Positions 46,179-58,771 of a stretch of 64,000 bases of DNA are shown here, one piece after another. Where the stretch lies: the NCBI GenBank assembly GCA_002189035.1, contig CM007992.1, forward strand, positions 2,666,001 through 2,730,000, in the 5' to 3' direction. The notes under the pieces were generated by a model that ran no database searches, was not told the DNA's origin, and was given only the letters and a program-made list of their open reading frames with translations. Position numbers and translations under genes: made by a program. This DNA comes from Utricularia gibba. Taxonomy: Eukaryota > Plantae > Magnoliophyta. The first letter of the stretch is position 1, and every line of letters begins with the position of its first letter.

Positions 46179-46964
46179 TCAACGACGACGGTTCAGAGAA
46201 ACCTTGACTCTTGTGCGACAGAGGGGGCATTTGTTCTTAGCTTGCAGCCATTTTTTGATGCATGCGGAATGAAACTGATGTTGGCAGTCCAGGATTCCGA
46301 TCATGCCGCCGTCGCAGAGGCCCTCCTGACAAACGACGCAGATGTTGGACTGCCCGTCTTCATCAATGGCTTCAATTTCCCAATTGTTCTTCATTGTCAT
46401 GCTCTCCATTAGTATCCTCTGATACCTCCTCAGTAACTTTTTTTGATGGTCTTCATGTGCAGGTTCATCCTCTTCGATCTCCTCCGCGAAGGCCGCGTCC
46501 TCCGTCTCGCTGCTCCTCTGGTTCGAACCAACCTCATGGCCCTCAACGATGAGTTTGTCCAGAACCTCCAGTTCTTCATCGGAGGAGATACTCTCACTAC
46601 GAGGAAACAGCACATAGCACCAAAAGCCTCTGAAACGTGGAACGAAGGGTGGAGCGTCGGGATTCAACCCCTTGAAAATCCATGGAACGACGGACTGTGT
46701 GAAACTTGATGGCACGTATGGAGGAGCGTGGATATTCATCGGGAAAGGAGCAGGCACGAATGGAGGGGCCAAGGGATCCAACCCGTAAGGAGCTTCGGAA
46801 ATCTGTGGAACCATGGGCTCCCTCAAACTTAGTGGCACGTATGGAGGAGCATGGATATTCATCGAGAAAGGCGCAGGCACGAGAGGAGCGGCCAGGGGAT
46901 CCATCGGAAAAACAAGTCGGCAAGAGGTGAGTCGTGTGAAAATTCCTCTGGCGAAAACAACCAT
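46179..46964 (-). CDS. Intronless RING-H2 E3 ubiquitin ligase-like protein (261 aa) with an N-terminal array of PAM2-like motifs
   Basis: C-terminal CVVC-x14-CQHQFHSAC-x10-CPLC (C3H2C3). N-terminal repeats MDPLAAPLVP, MNIHAPPYVP, LDPLAPPFVP, MNIHAPPYVP and LNPDAPPFVP, then an acidic linker. The ORF is fully open with a real ATG at 46964 (second Met at 46904). Confidence 0.85.
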   Translation of the reverse strand: MVVFARGIFTRLTSCRLVFPMDPLAAPLVPAPFSMNIHAPPYVPLSLREPMVPQISEAPYGLDPLAPPFVPAPFPMNIHAPPYVPSSFTQSVVPWIFKGLNPDAPPFVPRFRGFWCYVLFPRSESISSDEELEVLDKLIVEGHEVGSNQRSSETEDAAFAEEIEEDEPAHEDHQKKLLRRYQRILMESMTMKNNWEIEAIDEDGQSNICVVCQEGLCDGGMIGILDCQHQFHSACIKKWLQAKNKCPLCRTRVKVSLNRRR

Positions 46965-47851
46965 TTTTATAGGGATTCAGATGCCTCACTTCCATTGAAA
47001 TATGGAAACATTAGAATTAGTAATCAGATACAGATATTAATCTAAACTAGGAAATGTTGTCATATAACATAATATAATTTAAATATTATATAATATAATC
47101 ATGTTTTCATTAGTGCTAAATATAATCAGGTTTTCATTAAAATAAAAACTACTTCTTCATGATTTTATTAATTATAAATAATAAAAAAATAGAAAAAAAT
47201 AGAAAAAAAATCAATTCATCTGCCAAAATTACATATTTCAACTTCAAAGAAAAGAATACCATAATACACAAGTAATTAACAACGTCAATTTATCAACAAA
47301 ATAGATAAATAAATTATTTATTTATATTTAAAATAAATAATTAAATTTTTGTATGTTTTAACAAAAACATTAAATTCAAAATATTTTATATATTTTGTAA
47401 AATATGCATGTATTGTTAAACTAGTTTATTAAATATATATTATTATTAATATATAGATATTTAAATAATAAAAACTATCTACCAAGCAACGATTTAAGGT
47501 TATCTTAATTATAGTTCATACATGCTATATTTATTTTATTTTTTAATGTTATATTCATATTTAATATCATCAATTTAAAAATACAACTTATTATTTTAAA
47601 AATCAGAATATCTATAATTTCTCATGGTTGATACAGAAGATGTCTCAAATCTTTGGGTTAGACTTTTGGTGTAGAAGAGAAAAATATATAATTTTTAATT
47701 ATGTTTAAAAATATTTGTTACTAATTAATATAAATTTAGAGTAATAATTTTAAATCATATTAATAAAATACATACATTATATTATTGAATTATGATATTG
47801 TTTTGATGCATTTATATGTATTTATCTTCATCTTCTCCTTTGATCCTGGAG

Positions 47852-47878
47852 CACGTGTTCTTGGGGTTTCATCACGTG
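47852..47878. promoter_or_regulatory. Pair of G-boxes (CACGTG) upstream of the alpha-galactosidase gene
   Basis: CACGTG at 47852-47857 and 47873-47878, about 200 bp upstream of the candidate ATG at 48084. Confidence 0.4.
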
Positions 47879-48083
47879 GATCCAAGAAGAGTGATGATTG
47901 CCTTGCGCGACTGAAGATGAAAAGCGGGCACATTCCGAACATTCTTTCCTAATGATTGTGGTGCTGACACCTAAGGCCTAATATTTTTTAAATGGGGAAT
48001 GTTGACAATCATCCTGCCTGAGACGACGCTATGGATCGAATCAATCTTCTGTTTCAAATCAGCACCATTGATTGATCTCATCC

Positions 48084-49382
48084 ATGGCTTCTAATGGACC
48101 ACTGATTGCAGTGCAGTGTGTACTCTTGGGGTTGATATATACCATTCACGTTTCTCAATTTTGTTTTCAATATTCTTACGGCTTACAAGAACTACTGTTT
48201 CGCCTTCTCTTTTGTTTTCTGTGTGTCCAACCAGTTGGGTACGGAGGATCTGCGAAGGGGTTCATCGCTTCTACTTCTTATGTTGATTGCATCAGCTGTT
48301 GTTGTTCATTCCCACGATGGAGTTTTGAGTAGGAGAAGTTTGTTGGCAAATGGGCTCGCGGCAACTCCTCAAATGGGGTGGGCACCTTTTTCTTATATTT
48401 TTTCTATTTGGGGTGAATTGTGTTCTGGGTTGTGCAGAATCATGACTGCGCGATGGTTTTTGTTACGTCGATGTACTTTTTGTTTGTTATCCATTTGTTG
48501 AAAATGATGTTTCTGGAAACTGTTTTCTGGTTTCTGCCACTTTTTGCTAGTGTTCCTCATCTTTCTGGCTTTGGAAATCATTTTTGTCCATTGCAAACTC
48601 TGTTCTCTTAATGTTATTGTGATCTTCTCGTTGAGGAAAGGATAATCTCTTCTTATTTTGCCTTTGCTGGGGTTTCATTTTTCAGGTGGAACAGTTGGAA
48701 TCATTTTGCGTGTCACGTTGACGAAAAGATGATCAGAGAAACAGGTTTGTGACATCTTCTGCAGCCTCTTGTATTCAAATCGTCTTTCGCAACAGGGGAA
48801 GTTCCCTTGCTATATCATTTTCATTCCTTGTTCTAGCACAACGATTTTGTTTTGGTCAGCGGATGCTTTGGTTTCTACTGGGCTTTCAAAGCTCGGTTAT
48901 GTCTACGTCAATATTGGTATGTTCTTAGAGTTTGGAAATTGTTTCCACATTTCCTTGTCATGAATGCTGGTATCTTTGTTCACAGATGACTGCTGGGCCC
49001 AGATTTTTCGTGATGACAAGGTTTGGTTCATTCGAATAATCGAACAACTGTGATATATGTCCAATGTTTTAGTTCCTGATTCATGGAAATTCACTCTCAG
49101 GGCAATCTTGTCCCAAGGAAGGCTACCTTTCCTTCTGGAATGAAGGCATTGGCTGATTATGTTCATAGCAAGGGGCTTAAGCTCGGGATACATTCCGACG
49201 CAGGGTAATCTTAATTCGACTATGTGTTTGATATCATGCAGAGTACGAAACTGATACTCCTTCATGAACCTTACTGTTCTTACCGTGTTTTCTTCTCCAT
49301 TGGCAGAACTTACACCTGCAGCAAGACAATGCCTGGCTCACTTGGACATGAAGAACAAAATGCAAGCACCTTCGCATCTTGG
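48084..49382 (+). CDS. AGAL1: Alpha-galactosidase (GH27, AGAL1-like), only the N-terminal part found; exons ending 48377, 48686-48744, 48860-48916, 48986-49020, 49101-49204, 49307-49382; start codon uncertain (48084 via a small upstream exon, or 48280)
   Basis: Signal-peptide-like stretch, then [60 protein letters not shown]...GNLVP...[16 protein letters not shown]. The following exon with the YLKYDNC nucleophile motif is not clearly present in the window. Confidence 0.88.
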
Positions 49383-49718
49383 GTAAGGATCCTTGTTTTG
49401 CAAATTCTGTTATCGATTGCTATATTGCAGTTTGTGGTTTGGAAAGAGGAATTTCACCCAAGATTTGATTGCAAGAATATCCACCCACAGAACTGACTCC
49501 CCTTCTGGCTCGTAGTTTGAATGAAACAGTAAGGGGTTAGTCATGAATTAAGGCATCTATGATGCAGGGATTCATTGAAATACAATTTAAGTTCAAGATA
49601 TCATACTAAAAGTCATGGTTTATTTAGACATTGGCAAATGAGCTAGTTTATGTTATGTAAGAGCAATCTGTAGATGAGTTGCTTAAATACCTCCTTTAGG
49701 TGCATGGAGCAAATTTAG

Positions 49719-51094
49719 TGATAAACAAAAATTTTAGTAATATCGTTGCAACGAAACCAAAATTTTGTATCAAATAAATTTATAAATCCTAGTCTACATA
49801 AAATACAAATTTAAAAAACTTATATAGTGGATTTCGGGATCGATTACGAGGAACTTGTGCTTACTAAGTATTTCGGTAGATGCAGTTTTCCAAATAACAG
49901 TAGTTCTTAGTCTAAGTGCAGACTAGCAATGGCAAGCAAGTTCAATAAAAAGGATCAAGTCTCAACACAGAAAATAACAGGTACTAGTTTTAACATAGAC
50001 TAATACGAAGATACCTTAAGGGTTTGCAGGTGGTGTAGTGCTAAAATATCTAATTCAATTTACCATGTTCCTATTCTCACAACTTCAAACAACCTAAGTC
50101 TACTTAGGTCATTCATAACATTTTCGGCTAAGCTAGTCCCCAATATCATTACCAACTTTGTAATTAGGTCTACCCGTATGCAAAGTGTATCGAATTATAT
50201 CTATTCGGTCCCATTGGTTCTACCTTGAACTAATGCCTACTAATCCTGCCTTGATTCGCTGGTCTACTTCTAAATTAAGCATCCTAGTTGCGAAGTTACT
50301 TGTTTCCCTTCTTAGGTCTGCTCATGGAATGATAGAAACAATAACAAATTTCATTATCAATCCTAGATTCACACCACCATACTTTACTTAAGGCATTCCT
50401 AAAGTTTTAGCTACTTATACATGGAAAATAAAGCATGATTTCATTTAGACAATGTGGCGAAAATAACAGAAACATTGTAAAGAAGTCAGATACAAAAACT
50501 CAAAATGTTCAGAAAATGAAACGGAAATAAAGATTGTTTTGTTGTCCGGTTGCTACTGTTCACGGCCCGGAACACTAGTATTGGACTGAGCTTTGGTGCT
50601 GTTCTTGAGGATAAAACCCTCCTTCTCTTCTCCCCGTTGGTGTTTTTTCGCATGCCTTCTCCCCTAAGGAGAAGCCCCCTTGCGTGCGCTCTTTTCGGGT
50701 GTGTGTTTCCAGCTCTCCCCCTATTTCGAAAAATATCTCCCCTCCTTTACTCCGTTGCACTGTTCTTGACAGCACCACTATTCCCAACCTGAACTTGCAA
50801 ACTGCAAGCGGCAGAATAGTGTTATTTGTCTCTCTTTGGATGTTGTGCCCTTTTCTATTTATCCCACACATTTGTAAGTCTGATTTTTTGCTGCTAATCT
50901 CTCTGCTGAACTTAGTCAAACATTAGTAACAAAGGTGATGGACTAAATCAAAGGATTTAGTCCACTTTTCAACATAAACTCACAAAATTAACATAAACAC
51001 ACGTAAAACATTAAAAACCACATATACCTACCCTAAACCACAATAAAACATAATCATTTTGTATTATAAAATTCAAAGAAAATGTGTGACATCA
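49719..51094 (-). repeat. 3' LTR of the Athila-like element
   Basis: TGATAAAC...GTGACATCA; direct repeat of 58772-60147. Confidence 0.92.
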
Positions 51095-51744
51095 CACTAA
51101 GCTACAACGACACGAGACTTGTGCCCAAGTCCTAGCTAAGTCTAACAGAAAACTAACTTCATCAGCGCCAATGGTAAACACAAACAACTTTTATACATTT
51201 TGGATGCATAAGCTATAGGAGTGCGGGTATGCATATCATGTTATCACTCAAATGTGCATGAATAGATTCCTCTTGGGGAGTGTGTTTTGAAGATTGCTTC
51301 CTCAAGTTGATTCACCCAAAATCGCTTAGGAGTATGGTTGCCAACCCTCTTTTTTTCTTTCTTTTTTTTTCTCTTTCTTTTCCTTTTTTTGACTTTGATC
51401 TCAAAAAATTTTTTTTCGGTATTGCTTTTCCTCTTTTTTTAAGTTGGCAACCAGTCCCTGAAACGATTATGAAGTCTATCAACTCAGGTGAAACTAATCT
51501 ATATCACACTTCCTAAGTTCCTCTAATCATGCACATGCTCTCATAAAATAGAAGGTAGAAGCATGCTCCTAGGAATATAAAAGGCATAAAAAGCTCATAC
51601 ATCCAAATCATCTAATAGTTGCAATGTTCAATCATATGGCAATTCGAAGCAGCTTATTGATGTTAAACAAAACAAACAACTGGCACTCGACTATTCCTAG
51701 CATAGACTAATAGACACCTACACGAACATGATCCTAAGAAAAAG

Positions 51745-51784
51745 TAAAAATAAAAATAAAAATAAAAATAAAAATAAAATAAAG
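51745..51784 (+). repeat. (TAAAAA)n microsatellite in the 3' non-coding region of the retrotransposon
   Basis: About six tandem TAAAAA units. Confidence 0.85.
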
Positions 51785-51809
51785 CTACATGAAATAAGTT
51801 CAATAGCAG

Positions 51810-53060
51810 TTACTTATTCAAGGAGGAGTCAATCACTCCCTGTTTCAATTCTTGCATCTCACGAATTAAATCAGACACTTTTTCACTTAAATCCTTAATC
51901 ATTTTCAGGCAGCAACATCCCTTGCTGTTGTGCTGTGAGGTTGTAGGAGCAAGAGCATTTGAGCTGCCTTCTCCAGGAGTAGAATTTCCACACAAATCTG
52001 CTAAAGATCTAAAAACAAACCCACTCCTTTGGGCTTTAATTAGTTCAGAAACTTTCAAGAAATATGCATCTAAAGGCACTGTCTTAGTTTCAATATGGAA
52101 AAATTCTAATTCAAACAGTTTTTCGGGACATAAAGTGTGAGCAAGATGTGTTATAATATTGTCAAAACTCAAGTGTTGAATTTTCGTTTATCTATAGTCC
52201 CTATTCATTTGTTCATCAAGCATAGCACCTAAGTTCAAGGAGCGTTTGTTCATGATGCACCACATGACAAATAATTCACGCTTATAAAGAGAATTGAATC
52301 CTTTAGTTTGTCCAAAAAGGGTTGTGATAATTGGATCAACAAACAAGTTTGCCTTAGTCCCTTTTGCCTTAAATTCTATAGCATGCTGGTCGGTCAGAAT
52401 TGCATAAATTTCCTCAACATCAAGTTCATCAGGATAATCAATAAGTGATGCAACAAACTCATGAGAATCTACATCATGTTCTGAACAAAATCCTAGAGCT
52501 ACGTTCCATTCACCCAATGAAAAAGAAAATTTTTCATTAAAACTTCTTTTTCAGCAATCGGTTCTTCCTCAATTGCCTCCACTTCATCTCTAGATTTTTC
52601 AGTATATTCCTCTCGAACAAGCGCTGCTGGTTCCTCAGGCATGACACCTTCTTCTTCAAGGATAGGTTCGTCCAATGATATTCTCTACTTTTTCTTCCTG
52701 CCCTTCCCTTTCTTCTTCTTAGTCAAAACTTGTGGTTTTGAGGGTGGTTCCTTCACTGATGCTTTCCTCTTTTTGTAACTTTTCTGCATGTCCCTCAATC
52801 GTTGTTGGAAGCTCACATGCTCTAAGCTGGGGTTGTTAGAGTGTTCTCTCATCTCCGCTGCCTGAAGAATCACGTCCACTCCTTTGGAAATTTTCTATGG
52901 CAGCAACAGTAGGCAAATCCCCTTCTTCTAGGGTTGGAGCAACAGTGATTTCTGCTTCTGCGGCTCCAACATCTTCCTTTGGTTGCTTCGTTTGCATTTT
53001 CTTCCGGCTGGGTTTCTCCTTTGTGGCTTTTCGTCCACTCCTTGTTGTAGGCATTCTGTT
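51810..53060 (-). pseudogene. Extra ORF downstream of pol in the Athila-like element (fragmented)
   Basis: Same-strand ORF pieces 53117-52836 (MPTTRSGRKA...), 52879-52685 (Lys-rich), 52517-52188 (IITTLFGQTKGFNSL..RELFVMWCIMNKRSLNLG) and 52172-51810, lying between integrase and the 3' LTR. Confidence 0.65.
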
Positions 53061-53397
53061 TCTACTGTTGTAATTTTGCAGAAAAATCACAGAGGCAATG
53101 GTTGAAATGAGGAACAAAGTAGCTGCTCCTCCAATTCATTTCAAGCACCAGGGGTTTTTGTATCATTTCCTTCGGTTAAATCTCCCACTTCCCTCAACGG
53201 TCAAATTTTTGTGACTCCTAGTGATTAACTTCCTCTAAGTTAGGCATCCGTCTTTGCCCAGCAGCACAAAACATGGCAAAAATCCTAAAAAAAACATATT
53301 AAAACAGAAATAAAAATACATAAATTAAAAGAGTTAGTCATGGGTTGCCTCCCATAAGCGCCCTTGTTTAAAGTTTTGAACCCGACTTCTCGTGTGG

Positions 53398-56300
53398 CTA
53401 CGTTTTTTGTGCGTCCATCAGCTTAATCATCTCCACATTCCCTGTAAACATATGGTCAACATTTTCATGAAAAATTTTAAAGAGATGCCCATTTACCAAA
53501 AATCCTTTGTTTGATTCTCCATCAAATATCTCCACAGCATCATTTGGAAAAATTTCCTTCACAATAAAAGGTCCTATCCATCTTGATTTCAGCTTTCCAA
53601 GGTGCAATTTTAACCTGGATTAGAATAATAAGACTTTATGGCCAATCTCAAAATTTCTCCTGGAAATATGCACGTCATGATAACTCTTAGTCCGAGCTTT
53701 GAATAGTTTTGAGCTCCCGTACACATCATTTCTCAACTCCTCCGATTCTGAAAACTGAAGCTTCCTATGACTTGCACTGAGGTTCCTATCCAAATTCAAC
53801 TTCTTCACAACCACCAAGTTTTGTGCTCAAGAGCTGCTAGTAATCTACAAGGCTTCCCATAGACCAACCGAAATGGTGAGGTCCCAATGGGAGTCTTGTA
53901 TGCTGTTTGTATGGGCTAAAGTTCATCCTTTAACCTCATGCGCCTCCTTCCTGCTTGGGTTCACAAATTTCTCTAGAATTTGTTTGATTTCCCTGTTTGA
54001 GACTTCAGTTTGTCCATTGGTTTGTGGATGGTATGCCGTAGAAGACTTGTACCAAACATTAAAATGCTTCAAAACACTTCTTAAGGCCTGATTGTAAAAA
54101 TGTGTTCCCCTATCAATGATTAGGGCCTTAGGAGTTCCATATCTCGTGAAGATGTTGTTGCGCAAGAAATTAATCACAGTTTTTGCATCATCAGTTCATG
54201 TAACTGCCTCAATCCATTTGGACACGTAATCAACCGCAATCAAAGTGTAATTGTAACCTGCTGAAGTAGGAAATGGTCCAATAAAATCCATACCCCATAA
54301 ATCAAATAATTCACATACCAGGATTCCTTGTTGAGGCATTTCATTTCTGTTTGATAAATTTCCTACCCTTTGGCATGGTTCACAACCTTTGCAAAAGGCG
54401 TAACAATCTCTGAAAATGTGAGGCCAATAAAATACGCAGTATAGAATTTTTCTTGTTGTTCTATTCAGTCCATGATGGCCACCAAAAGGTTCTACATGAC
54501 AAGAATCAATGATTTTTGGAATTTCATTTTCATGAACACACCTTCGAATGACGCGACCATTGCATCTCTTTCATAAATATGGATAATCCCATATGTAGTA
54601 TTTGGCATCACTCTTCAGCTTGTTCCTCGCATGATAGTCCATTCTAGGTGGCATCACCCATGTTGAGACAAAGTTTGCAAGGTCAGTAAACCACGGTTCA
54701 CGTATATTAGTCTGAACTAAGAATAGCTGTTCATTTTGAAACATCTCAGTGATGATTCCATCTCCTTCACTTCCTTCAATTCTACTGAGATGATCAGCCA
54801 CAAGGTTCTCCCTTCCAAGCCTGTCCTTTATGCCAACATCAAATTCTTGAACGAGAAGGACCCATCTGATAAGTCTCAGTTTGGAATCCTTTATCTCCAT
54901 CAAGTGCTTCACCGTCGAATGATCAGTGTATATCACCACTTTGCTACCTAAAAGATAAGAACAAAATTTTTCCAAGAAAAAAATAACAACAAAAAATTCC
55001 CTTTCAGTGATGGTATAGTTTTTCTGGGCCTCATCCAAGGTTTTCGAAGCAAAAGAGATAACATGGTGCTTCCCTTCAATTTTTTGTCCCAAAACAACAT
55101 CCACAGCATGATTACTTGCATCACACATGATTCAAAATCATATTTCCAATCAAGTGGTTGCATCAAAAGTGCATTAATAACAGGATTTTTTAAAGAATTA
55201 AAATCTTGCTTACATGAATCATCAAAATTAAAGGCAATATCATTATGCAACAACCTACTAAGAGGCAAGGAAATTTTCGAAAAATTTTAATGAACCTCCT
55301 ATAATAACTAACATGGCCTAAAAATGATCGAATGCCTTTTACACCAATAGGATAAAGATGCTCAGACATAATCTCAATTTTTGCCTTATCTACTTCAATT
55401 CCTTTTTTAGAAATCACATGTCCTAAAAAAATTCCATGATCCATCATAAAATGACATTTTTCAGAATTTAAAACCAAATTCTTTTCCACACATTTCTTTA
55501 AAACCTGATCCAAATGGTCTAAGCATAACTCAAAATTTTCTTCATATACCGTAAAATCATCCATAAATATTTCAATAAAATCCTCACCAAAATTGGAGAA
55601 AATACTAGTCATACACCTTTGAAATGTGGCTTGGGCGTTACACAATCCGAAAGGCATCCTCCTATAAGCATAAGTTCCAAATGAACACGTGAAGGTTGTC
55701 TTATCTTGGTTCTGCCCTGAAATAGGAATCTGATTATATCCAAAATATACATCCAAAAAACAATAAAACAATTTTCCATCCAATTTTTCCAACATATGAT
55801 CAATAAAAGGCAAAGGATAATGGTCTTTCTTTGTTACTTCATTTAATTTTCGATAATCAATGCAAATACGCCAACCATTTTGCACCCTTTGTGGAACAAG
55901 CTCGCCTTTCTCATTTTCCACCACAGTCATCCTTGTCTTCTTTGGCACCACGTGAATGGGGCTCACCCATTCACTATCTCTGATAGAGTAAATAATCCTT
56001 GCGTCATGAAGTTTAACAATTTCTTTTCTTACCACCTCCATCATGTTCGGGTTGAGGCGTCTTTGAGGTTGGCGAACTAGTTTTGCACCATCCTCTAGAA
56101 AAATTCTATGCATGCATATGGATGGGAAGATCCCTTCAATGTCATCAAGCGTCCAACCTATTGCCTTCTTGTTTCTGTTTAGGACTTTGAGAAGTCGCGA
56201 CTCTTGGTCTAAGCTCAAACCAATGGAGATGATGATAGGATTCCTAAACTCTGCGTCAAGAAAAACATATTTTAAATGATTAGGCAATGGCTTCAGTTCA

Positions 56301-58721
56301 GCTAACCTCTCTTCCTGAGTCTTGGCTTGCACCATATTTAATTGCTTGAATTTTTCTTCAGCTTCAAATTTTGTAAATAAAGATTTTCGTGAGCCTCTTG
56401 TTTTTCTTGAATTTCTTTCTTCAAGTGCTCCTCAATGAGTCCATCCATGACATTCACAACACACATGCTCTCAAAATTAATGGGATAATTCTTCACATTC
56501 TTCATGTCTAGTGTGATTTTTTCTTCATCAAAAGAAAGCTCAATGGTCCCCATTTTCACATTGATGATAGTATTTGAAGTGCTCAAGAATGATCTCCCCG
56601 AGATAATTGTTGTGTCCTTTGATCCTCCAGTGGGCATGTTCACCAAATAAAAATCAGCTGGAAACAGAAGATGCTTAATTTTCACCAAAACATCCTCCAC
56701 CAAACCTTTGGGAGAAATCACTCTCCTATCCGCCAGCTCAATTTGCACACCTGATGGTTGCAGAGGTCCCAACCTAAGTGCCTCATAAACAGAATTCGAC
56801 ATGACATTTATAGAAGCTCACAGGTCTGCCATAGCTCTCCTGATCCACAATTCTCCTATTTTGCATTGTATAAAAAACGTACCCGGATCCTTATGCTTTT
56901 TGGGTAGGTTCCATGTTAAAAGTTCTAAGCAGCTTTCACTCAACTTCACATTGCCTTTCTCCTTCAATTTGGGCTTAGACATACATAGCTGCTTCAAATA
57001 TTTAACACTCTTTGACACAAGATCAATATACTCCAAGAGGGTTAAATTCAATTGGGTGTTTCTCTATGCTTTCAGCATTTTTTCCTTCTCAGTTTGCTCT
57101 TCTTTCAGCTTCAGCCTTCCTAGAAAAGGAGGCTGGGTCACCTTCACCGTGACAGGTTCTAGAAGTAATTCAAATTCGTCCTCACTTTGTACAACAACTT
57201 CAACTCTTCTGTCTCATTCTCCTTAGTCTTAATCTGCACTAGTTCTCGTCCAGACTTCTCTTTTCCACTCCTAAGTGTCATGGCACTGATGTTCGGCCCT
57301 CCACTGGAATTTGGATTTGGCTTGGGTTGAGATGGTAAGCTCCCTTTCTATTTCAGGTCTCCTAGCTCTAATGCCAACTGACTCACTTGGACCTCCAAAT
57401 TCCGGATGGCTTGTTGATTTTCAATTTGATTTTTGATTGATTGCGCAATGAATATCTTCAGCATTTCTTCCAAAGAATTTCTAAAATTCCATCCAGCATT
57501 GCCTTGATTTGAGGCTTGAAATGGCTGCTGGTTCTGTTGATTTTTCCTTCGAAATGGAGGCGCCTGGTAAGATCTTTGCTCCAACGAAAATTTTGCTGCC
57601 CCATGGTTGAGCTCTCCCCTTTGTAAGAATTTGCATTGTTGCTCCAACAAAAATTTGGATGATCCCTCCAGCCTAGATTGTAAGTATTTGTGTATGGATC
57701 ATATTTCTTTCTTTGCTGAGATTTCAAGTATCCCATAGTTTTGACATGCTCCTCTTTAAACAAATCTAGGCACTTGTCCACAACATGCCCTACTCTGTGA
57801 TAGTTCTCGCATGGCATGTTCTTGGTCTGGAATAAGAACAACTCCTTCATCATTTTAGATATAGCAGCAATATTTTTCGTGAGTTCAATCTCTGAAACCC
57901 TGGGCTTGCTCTCCACTTCATACACCCTCTTGTTTGAGGCTTGCTTCCTAATAATATGTCTCGAATGCTCAGCTAACTCCTCAAGCAAGGAAAGAGCTTC
58001 TGTTAGTGTTTTTTTCCTTAAAAATCCTCTCGCTGCCGAATCTATCATGGCTCGATCATTGCATAATAATCCATCATAGAAATATTTGACCAAAACATTG
58101 ATCTAAAAACCATGGTGTGGGAAGGAACCCAAAAGATGGTTGAATCTTTCCCAATATTCGTGCAATGATTCTCCACTCATTTGTTCAACATCACTAATTT
58201 CTTTTCTGATTCCTTTAGCCTTGGAAGCTGGAAAATATTTGCTCAAAAACACTTTCTTCATTCCAACTCAATCAGTTATGCTTGCAGGCCTTAGTGAGTT
58301 GAACTACCTTTTGGCTCCTCCTTCTAAAGTAAATTGGAAGGCTCTCAAACAGATTGAATCTTCAGTCATTCCAACTCCCTTGAAGGATGTGCATATCGGT
58401 GTCACATCATCTAGATGCTCATAGGGGTTCTCTCCAATTTTTTCATAGAACTTTGATAAAAAATTGATCATTCGCTGGTTTCAGCTCGTTTGCTCCATCC
58501 TCTGGAAATCTGATGCATAGACCCCTGTAAGTGTGATCAATGGCATCTAATTCATTCAAGGTCTTCTCAAGTTCAGCCATTCTAAAATTGTTGTTGGTCT
58601 CGGGTGGGAGCTGCCTCAATCTGCTTGCTTCCCTAACTCTGACCCTGTTCTTGCTGATAGTTCTTTCAATTTCTGGGAAGAAAGTGAGATTACTTGCACC
58701 AGAAGAATGTAAATGCATCAA
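53398..58721 (-). pseudogene. gag-pol polyprotein of the Athila-like element, multiple stops and frameshifts
   Basis: ORF-track fragments with gag, aspartic protease, RT (381-aa piece 56335-55190), RNase H and integrase motifs in Ty3/gypsy order. Confidence 0.92.
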
Positions 58722-58771
58722 CTAAAAACACAAAACAATTAAATGCACCAGAAGAATGTAAATGCCAAATA

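Noticed and set aside
47890-47968. C/D-box snoRNA-like motif order (GTGATGA ... CTGA ... GATGA ... CTGA)
   Set aside because: No terminal stem, and only an 8-nt match (CCTTGCGC) to U6 with no rRNA target I can identify. It sits in the AGAL promoter region. An Infernal/Rfam scan would settle it.
26925-49382. Possible biosynthetic gene cluster (two UGT91 genes, aminotransferase, glycosidase)
   Set aside because: No scaffold-forming enzyme is present. DAAT and AGAL are general-metabolism genes with no evident shared pathway, and the UGT pair is a simple tandem duplicate.
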